A stretch of DNA of 64,000 nucleotides from Octopus bimaculoides (Eukaryota): positions 18,550,738 through 18,614,737 of the forward strand of contig NC_068988.1 of the NCBI RefSeq assembly GCF_001194135.2. Direction: 5' to 3'. Below the pieces are notes generated by a model. The model was given only the letters and a program-made list of their open reading frames with translations. It did no database searches and was not told where the DNA came from. Position 1 is the stretch's first letter. Every line of letters begins with the position of its first letter. The position numbers and the translations under genes are program-made. Below, piece after piece: positions 26,490 to 37,628 of the stretch.

Positions 26490-26685
26490 TGATACAACCA
26501 AAATGGAGTTCCTTCGAAGGGTCTCTGGAGTAATGTTATTCAAAACGGCACATAACTTAGAGACCCATAGTCTCTCCAGGTCAAGCCACTACATTGGGAA
26601 GTCACAGCTCCAGTATTATGGACATGTGTTTAGAATGCAGAAGGAAAAGATCTCAAGTCATATTCTCCAAACTGAGTCAACCGTC
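26490..26685 (+). mobile_element. RTE-clade LINE C-terminal fragment
   Basis: MEFLRRVSGV...SQLQYYGHVFRMQ..ISSHILQ resembles EMxFLRRIxG...LRWFGHVxRM. Confidence 0.65.
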
Positions 26686-26696
26686 AAAACGTTTAA

Positions 26697-26952
26697 CCCT
26701 TTAGCATTCAGATTACTCTGTCAAATGTAGAGTTTATTCATTCACATTGTTTCGAATTAACCATGGATTATCTCATAGCTTTGAGATTTCAATGACGTGA
26801 CTGCATATTTTCAGAATGACATTGTACGGTAGGTGTGAGATATTTTTAGAATGACATTTTAAGGTAGGTATGCGAGGTCAGATCTGGTTGGTTTGATCAT
26901 AAAACAGGTAGAATATTTTGGCCAGATATGGCCGGTTTAAATGCTAATGGAT
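26697..26952. mobile_element. piggyBac-like (TTAA) MITE
   Basis: TTAA|CCCTTTAGCATT ... AATGCTAATGGGA|TTAA; the same family occurs at ~6658, ~57959 and 61982. Confidence 0.7.
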
Positions 26953-28492
26953 TAAGGGTAGATCACAAGAGAGATGATTGGTTAAGATCCATAGTTTCAG
27001 TTGGTTATACTAAGGAATCCAGCAGAAAAGTGTAATGTTGATTGTTTCTGACAGGACCCTATGGTGGAAGTATTTGAGGGCTCTATTCACACAGCTCTCC
27101 CAGGAATAACGAGCAGTGAAAAATGGATGGATGGATGGAATGAATGAATATGACAATGAAAATACCTTAGTTATAGCTATGGTGAATTTTTAGATTTCAG
27201 TTTTTCTTTTAAGCCTTGCTCTGCTGTTCAGGGCTATCTCCTTGCTATTAACCCTCTTTTGTTCAGAAGCTTTTGTGGAATAAAATTTCTAAATAGGTTA
27301 TCTTTCAGAATTGATGTCATAAGCAAATTACTTCCTCTTCAAGTGGTGAACAAATCTTTAGTGGAATTTTCCTCCCTCAAATTGAAAGTCAATAAAAGCA
27401 GTTATTATAATTAAAAAAATTTTCTCTGCTGTTCAGCTAAATATCATTATTGTTGTCATCATCATGGCAGATGATGATGATGATGATGATGATGACAATG
27501 ATGATGGCTAAGAGTTGGATAGTTTGACAGAATCCAACATGTCAAAGGATTGTGTTGAGCTCCAATGTCTGTTCTGGTTTCTATAGCTGGTTGCTTTTCC
27601 TTATGTCAACCACTTTACAGAGTGTACTGGGTGCTTTTCTGTGTTACCAGCATTAGTGAAGTCATCAAGTGGCTCCCGAGATAAGACCCTTTGGTTGAGG
27701 AAGAGGGTTTATGCCCAGTGTTGAGAGGCAAGTTAAGAGAAAGAGACAGGGACAAATATCTTGTAGAAGAGATACACAGCTTCCTCAACTGGAAAAGGAG
27801 AAAAGATGGGGTTGATGAGGTATCAGGAGATGCCCTCAAAGTATAAGAGGGTGAAAGTGAGGGTGTGGGGACACAGGAACAGGTGAAGGTGGAATGAAAG
27901 GAAGTACATAACGAGAGCAATACAAGCAAATCAACCCCAGGACTTATTCTTTGGAAGCTTAGTACTTATTCTATTGGTCTCTTTTTGCCGAACCTTTAAG
28001 TTATTTATTATTATCATTATTTTGTTAAAAGTATTCTTTTCAACCATCTACAAACACAGCCAGGCTGAAATAATTAATGCATTCTTCCAGGAGTGAATAA
28101 AAAATTCTCAAACTTGAGGGGATGAGCCCCATAAATATTGACATGGGCCCCCATATATGGATTTTAATGGTGCAGGGGCCCACTTGCCATTGGGCAAGCT
28201 GGCAACCTGGCCAGTCCACCACTGTTGATAAATATTATTTGAGTGTAAGGTGGTGATATGGTACTCATTCAAATGTCGAATAGAATGCCTTGCAATATTT
28301 GTTCTGACTCCCAGGGCTTTGAGATTGAATCCTGTTAAGATCAATTTGACTTTTCATCCTTTTCAGGTTGATAAAATGGATTGGAAACGGATTGGAAAAA
28401 TTATAAGTAAGTTGAGCAAGATGTTTTGAAACAATGTTTCTCAATAAAAAATAAATCTCATAGTACTTTCATAATTAAATATTATTAGGAAT

Positions 28493-28906
28493 TACTCTTT
28501 TACTCTTTTACTTGTTTCAGTCATTTGACTGCGGCCATGCTGGAGCACCGCCTTTAGTCGAGCAAATCGACCCCCAGGTCTTATTCTCTGTAAGTCTAGT
28601 TCTTATTCTATTGGTCTCTTTTGCCGAACCGGTAAGTTACGGGGACGTAAACACACCAGCATCGGTTGTCAAGCAATGTTGGTGGGGACAAACACAGACA
28701 CACACACATATATATTTATATATATATATACATATACATATATATGATGGGCTTCTTTCAGTTTCTGTCTACCAAATCCACTCACAAGGCTTTGGTCGGC
28801 CCGAGGCTATAGTAGAAGACACTTGCCCAATGTGCCATGCAGCGAGACTGAACCTGGAACCATGTGGTTGGTAAGCAAGCTATTTACCACATAGCCACTC
28901 CTGCAC
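28493..28906 (-). mobile_element. SINE family B, full length
   Basis: Same structure as 17566-17983. Confidence 0.82.
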
Positions 28907-29979
28907 AAAAAGAATTCAAATATTCTGTGTATTATACAAGTATAGCCAATTTACTGCAGATAAATTTTAACAACAAAATCTTATATGGATCCTGAAGGGT
29001 CATACGAACCAGAAATGACAACCACTGCTTTAAGGCATCTGTTCTGGTTCTTTGCATTTTGGCAGCATTGTTCATAATGACACTGGGGTTAAACTGTATT
29101 GAATCAAATTGGCAGCCTTTCTCTTGCAACCTACATGCATAGGCAACTGTCACATTTCTTCAAAACTGTTGTCTTGACCTGCTCATATATATACAGACAC
29201 ATTGTTAAATTAACCAACCAAGGCCTTGTACATGAACCAAAATCACCTAACATATATGGACAAGAATTTCCTTCTAAAAATGATTTCAACTTGACACCCA
29301 TTTTAATAATATTGTATTGCCTATAGAAGTTTTTTCTTCTTTTAAGATGAGTCAATTTTTCACTTATCTACTCATGTTTTCTATGTATTGCATTACATTT
29401 GATGAATAACAGTGTCATTGATTACAGATTTTCAATAGGCCAATATCTGATTTACCACATTTTTGAAATTGTGAGTGATAAGGGAGTGTCCATTACCTGG
29501 GGCAAAACAATTATTGAAGAACACTAGCTTTTTTTGTTTTTTGTTTTTCCACTACTGTGTGGTATCTTGTGCAAGTAAGTTGTTCTATAACCCTTGACTG
29601 ACCAAACACTTATGAGAGAATTTAATAAACAGAAACATGGAAGAAAGCCAGTTGTGTATGTGTGTGTGTGTGGCTTTGTCTTTGCATTAAATACTAGTCA
29701 TAAACCAACATCAAAATCCAATAATTTTCAATCTTCTGTAACATAATGTCCTAATGAGAAGAAAATGTCTTGCTTGGAAACAGGAAGCAGATGTACTTGC
29801 ATAGCAAGTGACTTGATCTGAGATCATGTGCTGAAACAAAAACAATTGCAGCATGGAAGATGTTTGTAAACCATTTAAGAACACACGAATACTGTTAGTT
29901 TCACTTCAACATTAAAACTCCATTTGTGTCAAAATATTTTTGTCACTTTGAAACAGCGACCTGTTCACTGACAATCATC

Positions 29980-30290
29980 AAATCATCGTCATTGTTTAAC
30001 GTCTGCTTTCCATGCTAGCATGGGTTGGACAATTTGACTGAGGACTGGTGAACCAGATGGCGACACCAGGCTCCAATCTGATCTGGCAGAGTTTCTACAG
30101 CTGGATGCCCTTCCTAACGCCAACCACTCCGAGAGTGTAGTGGGTGCTTTTATGTGCCACCGGCACGAAGGCCAGTCAGGCCGTACTGGCAACAGCCACG
30201 CTCAAAATGATGCTTTTTACATGCCACCTGCACAAGGGCCAGTCAGGCGGGTACTGGCAACGGCCACGCTCGAAATGGTGTATTTTACAG
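29980..30290 (-). mobile_element. SINE family A copy
   Basis: Family A body and tail. Confidence 0.8.
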
Positions 30291-30829
30291 CTTCACAAAA
30301 GTGATGCAGCACAAAGTTTTGTCTGCGAACAATGCACACACACACACACACACACATTCATTGCCTTTAATTTGTGTATTTGTATCTATGTGTGTGCATG
30401 AGTGTGTATTGGTGTGTGTGTGTCACTGTTGAAGTTGTGTTTGGAAACTGTAAATAAGGTGCAAGTTTTGAGTACTTGTCAGTAAATTTTTTTTTTTTCT
30501 CCTTGTCTTCTAATAGTAATTACCCAACATTCTAGCCTCTTCTTACAGCTATCCCGCGTTCAAAAATTATACAGGTATTTAAAAGAATTTTCATTCAATA
30601 AATAAAGTTTTTACATTACATATACATTAATAGCAAATTAAACCAGAAAGTGTGAGACATTGCAAATAAAAATGGAGCACTCCACAGTGAATGCAATAAA
30701 TATTTAAATTTGTGATGAATTAGACACAGTGAATATTTAAATTTGTGAGAAATTGGAATTGAAAAAATTCAGTAACGTTGAGAAATTGGAATTATAGGAA
30801 ATTTCTTAAAACATGAATTTATAAAAATA

Positions 30830-31470
30830 TGTAAGATCGTTGCCAGTGCCCCTGGACTGGTTCTTGTGCGGGTGGCACATGAGATGCACCATTTTGAGCG
30901 TGGCCGTTGCCAGTACCGCCTGACTGGCTCCCGTAGGATTTTCGAGCGAGATCGTTGCCAGTGCCCCTGGACTGGCTTGTGCGGGTGGCACATAAAAGAC
31001 ACCATTTCGAGTGTAGCCGTTTTCGTGCGGGTGACACGTAAAAGCACCCACTACACTCTCTGAGTGGTTGGCGTTAGGAAGGGCATCCAGCTGTAGAAAC
31101 TCTGCCAAATTAGATTGGAGCCTGGTGTTGCCATCCGGTTTCACCAGTCCTCAGTCAAATCGTCCAACCCATGCTAGCATGGAAAGCGGACGTTAAACGA
31201 TGATGATGATATCCAGATGATCAACCCTTTAATAATTGTTTTCTTTTAGTACTTTTAGTAATTGTTACATACCTAATTAATAAGCAGCTTTCTCCATTAT
31301 AGTATAGATATCAATATAATTATATATCTATATACATACATATATATATATATATTAGAAACTCTGCCAAATCAGACTGGAGCCTGGTGTAGCCATCTGG
31401 TTCCCCAGTCTTCAGTCAAATCGTCCAACCCATGCTAGCATGGAAAGCAGGCGTTAAACGATAATGATGA
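30830..31470 (+). mobile_element. SINE family A copy plus a second 3' fragment
   Basis: ~30830-31210 and ~31355-31470. Confidence 0.75.
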
Positions 31471-32109
31471 TATATATATATATATATATACATATATGAA
31501 GCTGCATGATCTAGTGGTTAGTCTGTTGCACTCATGATCACTAGATTGTTGGTTCAATTCCTTAACTGGATGGTGCATTGTGGTCTTGAGCAAATCACTT
31601 CATTTCACATTGCTCCAGTCCCTGCTTTCAATCAGACTAGCAGCGTGGCATCATTTGAAGACTAAAACAATGCAAAAGTGCATTGTGACTAGTGATGTGT
31701 AACAACATCTGATAGCCTGGTCAATTACGAAATTAGAGCCAGTACTGAAAGTTACAGCATTTCACATAGAAATATGTCTATGGAAATAATGTGATCGAAG
31801 ATAGAAAAAAAAAGAGTAGTGAGTGTATATGCATATTTCAGGAGTTCTTGCTCTTTCTTCAGTGCCACATCCACACCATTAACTCCCATAATTCTATTAA
31901 CTGGAATTATTTTATGAAACTTTGATTTCTAGCATAAAACAGCCTTAGAAACACGCTGAAATGATCAAAATAACATTTTAAATAGAAATAAGCGAGATAT
32001 TGCACATACTTGTACGTATATATGCATATACTCATTTATTATTTGTTTTACACACATATATATATATATATATATATGGCTTGGCTGTGTAGTTATGAAG
32101 TTTGCTTTC

Positions 32110-32300
32110 GAGTTCATGTTCCACTAGATTATTTACATTATTTACATTTGATGGATATTTGTCCTCATCTTGTTTGTTAACATGTTTCGGCTGATATACC
32201 CTCCAGCCTTCATCAGGTGTCTTGAGGAAATTTCGAACCTGCGTTCTCATCCCTAACGTATTTTTCGATGCTGTTATTATTATTCAGGTCAGTGTCTGGA
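32110..32300 (-). mobile_element. Penelope-type repeat fragment with a hammerhead-ribozyme-like core
   Basis: Minus strand gacac-CTGATGA-a-ggctg(N10)cagcc-GAAAC-atgt (32175-32222). Confidence 0.55.
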
Positions 32301-32845
32301 ATCGACTTTCACACAGATAAAATTTATTCTTTAAATGTTTTGAGTGAAACTTGGGTCTGTTAGAATGAGTGAAATTTCAACAAATAAATACTGGAGACAA
32401 TTTGATCTACTAAATCCTTCAAACAGTACCCCAGCTTGGCTACACTCCAATAACTGAAACAAATCAAAGAATAAAAGAGTATGGGAGAATTCAATGTTGT
32501 ATATCATACAGTTTGTGTTTAAAAGTGATCATATGTGTAGGCATGGCTATGTGGTAAGAAGCTTGCTTCCCAACCACATGGTTCCAGGTTCAGACCCACC
32601 ACATGATCGAATAAGTCCTGGGGTTGATTTCTTTGACTAAAAGGCAGTCTTCAGCATGGCCGCAGTCAAACAACTGAAACAAATAAAAGAATATAATACC
32701 CATATTTTCAGATGACAATATCCAATATCAAACTACCTTTATATTATTTTTAGTAGGGAGAGGTGATTTTAATTGTTATTTCTAGCAAGTTAAGTGACCC
32801 ATAGAGGGTCCCAGTTCGTAATGTTGATTGTTGGTGGGACAGATG

Positions 32846-35305
32846 TGTAGTAACGCTGTGCGCATGCGTAGTCTCATGCATGCATGGAATTCAACAACCA
32901 AGCTTTTCCGCTTTGATCTGTCTCTTTCTTGCTGGCCAGCGATTGAGCAAGGACGTGTTTAGCTGTCTCTCTCCATCTTTCGAATTTACGCTAGACAGCT
33001 CGCTCACATCTACACACCAACGTCCCAACAACCATGCTCACACACACAGAAGACGTCTCAACAAACAAGAGCTAAAGATGTATATATTCCACCTTGAATA
33101 AATGTTGTTTGTGTTGATAGTCCGGAGTTCAGCGTTCCGTTAATTTCTAATTTAATATAGGAAAGTCAGGTGTACATCTAATGACGTATAACCTACTTTC
33201 CTATAAAGTGGTGACCCCAATGTGATTCAAACACGCAGCCCGCTGAGCTACAATAACCCACTTTCCTATAAAGTGGTGACCCCGACTAAGAAACAAGCGT
33301 GGCCATGGATTCTGGGCTACCAACCTATAACTGGTGTACCCGACTAAAGAACAATTGCGGCCATGGAGACTGAACTACCAAGCAACGAACGCCACCAACA
33401 TCTCCAACCATAGTCAACACGACTTACTATGTACACCAAACTAAACCACCGCGGCAAATCTCTCTCTTTGATTCTGTTAGGTGACTTAGCTTCACCACGA
33501 TAATAAAAAGACAAGAATTACAGCCTGTGATACTTCCAATTGTGTACTCAAGAACTTGGTATAAAACTCTCACGTGTACTGACTTTCTATCTGCTGTAAT
33601 ATCTCACATACATATAGACGGCCTGTCTTTTATTATGTTCTTATATGTCGCATTCACACTCTCACATACACATACATCTTTTATGCCACACTAAATATCT
33701 CTTGTTATTCATTTCATACGGTTGTGTTTATCATCTTCCATTCGTCACATGCGAACAATTTCATCTTGGGTTACAAAATTTTCTTCAAGGTTTTTGCTAA
33801 TGGCCGCACAGAGATTTGTCTGTCGACCATCTGTTAAAGCGCACCTCTTCAAACACCATCACCAAGCAGCCTTTTCGCCACCAGCTTCGTTCAACCAAGA
33901 TTACCACCGCAACGACAACAACTACTACTACCAACTACAAGCATTCCCCCGACGTCGCCAAGTTTCAACAGGACATCATTACCACCACACATACAGAACA
34001 CAGCTATATTACAGTTCCTGCGCCGACGTCTTCACCATCAATGTACTGTCTACCACAATGTCGTGCGCCAACAACCCCACCACCAGGGACACACCATATA
34101 AACACACTCGGTTTTATCTTCACTGTGGAGTGGAATTTATCCACTCACGCACAACAGTCAGAGCTAGCCGACTTGGATATTTAGTACCAGGTANNNNNNN
34201 NNNNNNNNNNNNNNNNNNNNNNNNNNNNNNNNNNNNNNNNNNNNNNNNNNNNNNNNNNNNNNNNNNNNNNNNNNNNNNNNNNNNNNNNNNNNNNNNNNNN
34301 NNNNNNNNNNNNNNNNNNNNNNNNNNNNNNNNNNNNNNNNNNNNNNNNNNNNNNNNNNNNNNNNNNNNNNNNNNNNNNNNNNNNNNNNNNNNNNNNNNNN
34401 NNNNNNNNNNNNNNNNNNNNNNNNNNNNNNNNNNNNNNNNNNNNNNNNNNNNNNNNNNNNNNNNNNNNNNNNNNNNNNNNNNNNNNNNNNNNNNNNNNNN
34501 NNNNNNNNNNNNNNNNNNNNNNNNNNNNNNNNNNNNNNNNNNNNNNNNNNNNNNNNNNNNNNNNNNNNNNNNNNNNNNNNNNNNNNNNNNNNNNNNNNNN
34601 NNNNNNNNNNNNNNNNNNNNNNNNNNNNNNNNNNNNNNNNNNNNNNNNNNNNNNNNNNNNNNNNNNNNNNNNNNNNNNNNNNNNNNNNNNNNNNNNNNNN
34701 NNNNNNNNNNNNNNNNNNNNNNNNNNNNNNNNNNNNNNNNNNNNNNNNNNNNNNNNNNNNNNNNNNNNNNNNNNNNNNNNNNNNNNNTGCTACATCTTGT
34801 GGGTGGTTTTCAGTGGCCATCCTGCCTCAGGCGTTCCAACAGAATTTTATTTTATATTATTGTGCGTTCCGCACTGGCAAGGGAGCCCTGTAGTAACGCT
34901 GTGCGCATGCGTGGAATTCAACAACCAAGCTTTTCCGCTTTGATCTGTCTCTTTCTTGCTGGCCAGCGATTGGGCAAGGACGTGTTTAATCGCTTTCGTG
35001 ACGGATCCGGCGCCTTTCGTGGAAGCTTTCGCCCGCTTCTTAGGACCGACTGACCCGTGCTCGACCGCCGTTGGATCTTTCGAACTTACGCTAGACAGCT
35101 CGCTCACATCTACATATCAACGTCCCAACAACCATGCTCACACACACAGAGGACGTCTCAACAAACAAAAGCTAAAGATGTATATATTCCACCTTGAACA
35201 AATGTTGTTTGTGTTGATAGTCTGGAGTTCAGCATTCCGTTAATTTCTAATTTAATATAGGAAAGTCAGGTGTACATCTAATGATGTATAACCTACTTTC
35301 CTATA
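32846..35305 (+). mobile_element. Non-autonomous (internally deleted) Gypsy-like LTR element
   Basis: Direct repeats 32846-33205 and 34889-35305 with TGTAG...CTATA ends; 4-bp TSD GATG (32842-32845, 35306-35309); tRNA-Trp PBS at 33209; short purine tract AAGGGAG before the 3' LTR; no intact gag/pol visible. Confidence 0.88.
33209..33240 (+). other. Primer-binding site complementary to the 3' end of tRNA-Trp (extended)
   Basis: TGGTGACCCCAATGTGATTCAAACACGCAGCC versus the reverse complement of metazoan tRNA-Trp+CCA as recalled, TGGTGACCCCGACGTGATTCGAACACGCAGCC: 3 mismatches, all at CpG. Confidence 0.85.
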
Positions 35306-36344
35306 GATGCAATATATATTGTAATATTAGACTACGATTCTAGAACTGAGAAAGAAATCGCTATCTATTAAAGGGAGGTAATTTCGTATCTTCATACCAG
35401 ATGTTGCTTAAAAATAGTGTAGCATCAGTTTGTTTCAGTTAATTTTGAAAATAATGAATTTAACAAAATAATTCTCAGAAGACAATAGCCACTATCAAAC
35501 TTCTTTTATATTATTTTTAGGAGGATGGTGGTGATTTTAATTGTTATTTCTAGCAAGTCAAGTGACCTCAAAGAGGGTCCCAGTTCGTAATACTGATTGC
35601 TGGTGGTACGGAAGCAATACACAGTGTAATATTATAACTACGACTCTAGAACTATGGCAAAGAAATCGTTAACTATTAAAGGGAGGTAATTTCACATTCT
35701 CATGCTAAGTGTTACTTAAACGCTCACTTCACAACCTTCCGCATGCAAGGACAGCGCAGCCATGGCAAGAAGCTTGTTGCAGGTTCAGTTCCACTGTGTT
35801 GCACCTTGCCAAGGTGTCTTCTACTATAACTGACCAAAAGCTGTTCATATATCTTTTGTCTTTTAACTTGTTCCAGTCATTTGATTGCGGCCATGATGGG
35901 GCACTATTGATGTGCGTGTGGTTATACTAATCTCCTTGTCTTGGCATCTCAGGATAGTTATAAACGAGAGCCAGTGGCGTGCATGCTGTGTCCTTCATTT
36001 TCAGTCTTCTGTAAGAGGAGGTGCGTGGCTTAGTGTTGATGTTGTAAGAGTGTGGTTTTGATTCCTCGACCAGGTGATACATTGTGTTCTTAAGTAAGAC
36101 ACTTGATTTCATTGTTCCAGTCCACTCAGCTGGCAAAAGTGAGTAATGTTGTGATGTCAGGTGGGAATTTATGCCATGGAAACCAGCCCTTATGAGTCAG
36201 CATGACTCAAGAAGGTCATCTTTACCTTCAACTTAATCTTTAGTAAAATTATCTGACTTGGAACCAGTTGAGAGTTGGTAATACGAAGGGTGTCTGACAG
36301 TAAAAATCAGTCTCAAAAAATTCTAACTAATCCATGCAACTATG

Positions 36345-36640
36345 GAAAAGGAAACGTGGCATCTTGGGCAAATGTCTTCTACTATAGCCTCGAGTGGGTC
36401 TGGTAGACGGAAACTGAAAGAAGCCCGTCGTATATATGTGTGTGGGTCTGTGTTTGTCCCCCCAGCATTGCTTGACAAACAATGCTGGTATATGTCCCCG
36501 TCACTTAGCGGTTCGGCAAAAAGTGACCGATAGAATAAGTACTAGGCTTACAAAGAATAAGTCCCAGGGTCAATTTGCTCGACTAAAGGCGGTGCTCCAG
36601 CATGGCCGCAGTCAAATGACTGAAACAAGTAAAAGAGAGT
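36345..36640 (+). mobile_element. SINE family B copy
   Basis: Family B body and tail. Confidence 0.78.
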
Positions 36641-37372
36641 TAGAACAAGGACGTACCATTCCAGTCAACACTGATATATCAAGAAAAGCATTTGACTCCA
36701 TCACCTGTTATCCAAACACATTAAAAATTTTCAAACTTAACTTACGAAACACAGAATACTAACTAACAAGGATAAGCAGTGTACACAAGCATTTTCAAAA
36801 TTTGCCGTCTTCTGCCCATGTACCACAAGGATCCATCCCTAAAGATGAAAAAAGTACCAAACCAGAATGGTTTGAAGTGAGGAATCATTATCTTGGACAG
36901 CCTCCCTAATGGTATCTATTCCAAATTTTTGTGTTCTGAAATGCAGTTCAGGTGCCTTCAGCTGAGTCCACTGTTGCAAAGCAGTTGAACCAAGTCTCCA
37001 GTTTCTTTTGCCAGACTCAGAAACTCTTAAGGGTTACACACACACAGAAACAACACTTTCCTATTTGATCTAAACTCAAAACATATATAATTTTAGGGAA
37101 AAGAACCAAGTTTCATGAACTCATCGATGAAAATCCACTGTCACATATGGAAAAATTAATAAGTAAACTTGGTTCTTTTCCCTAAAATTATATATTTATA
37201 TTCTATACTGTGAAACTTAATTTAATTTTAATAAATTGAATTTAATCGAGTTTTTACCTGTAAATTTGGATTTTTATCCCTAATATTATTATTATAAAAC
37301 ATAATATATATAAACCCAAGCAGCTACACACATAAGAAAATAAAAACAGACACTGTACATCTTATTTAAACA

Positions 37373-37378
37373 TTTATT
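37373..37378 (-). terminator. RPL35 polyadenylation signal AATAAA
   Basis: tttatt on the plus strand, ~19 nt after the stop codon. Confidence 0.75.
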
Positions 37379-37396
37379 TGTGGCTATGAAACAAAC

Positions 37397-37628
37397 TTAT
37401 GCTTTAATAGCAAACTTTCTGATTTTCCACAACATACGTTTCTTAGCCTGCCTGTGTGTCATCAAAGATTTCTCTTTCTTTGTCAACTCCCGCCGCATGG
37501 CACGAGTCTTTTTGGGACGCAGATCCTTAGGCTTAAATTTCTTGTTACGGTAAAATTTACGCAAATTCTCTTTCTGGGTCTGGTTGATGACTGTCAATAC
37601 TCGGGCAATAGATTTACGAACAACACGG
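37397..37628 (-). CDS. RPL35: RPL35 exon 4 (terminal coding exon)
   Basis: ttttcgttttcttatag| acceptor; phase 2 completes Ile (AT+C); [16 protein letters not shown]...[13 protein letters not shown]; TAA at 37397-37399. Confidence 0.97.

Noticed and set aside
28932-29355. Two overlapping ~74-aa minus-strand ORFs in unique sequence
   Set aside because: No recognisable domain; lengths are within chance expectation.
33722-34193. Thr/His-rich ORFs inside the LTR element
   Set aside because: Low-complexity, no gag/RT/integrase motifs; at most a decayed integrase tail.
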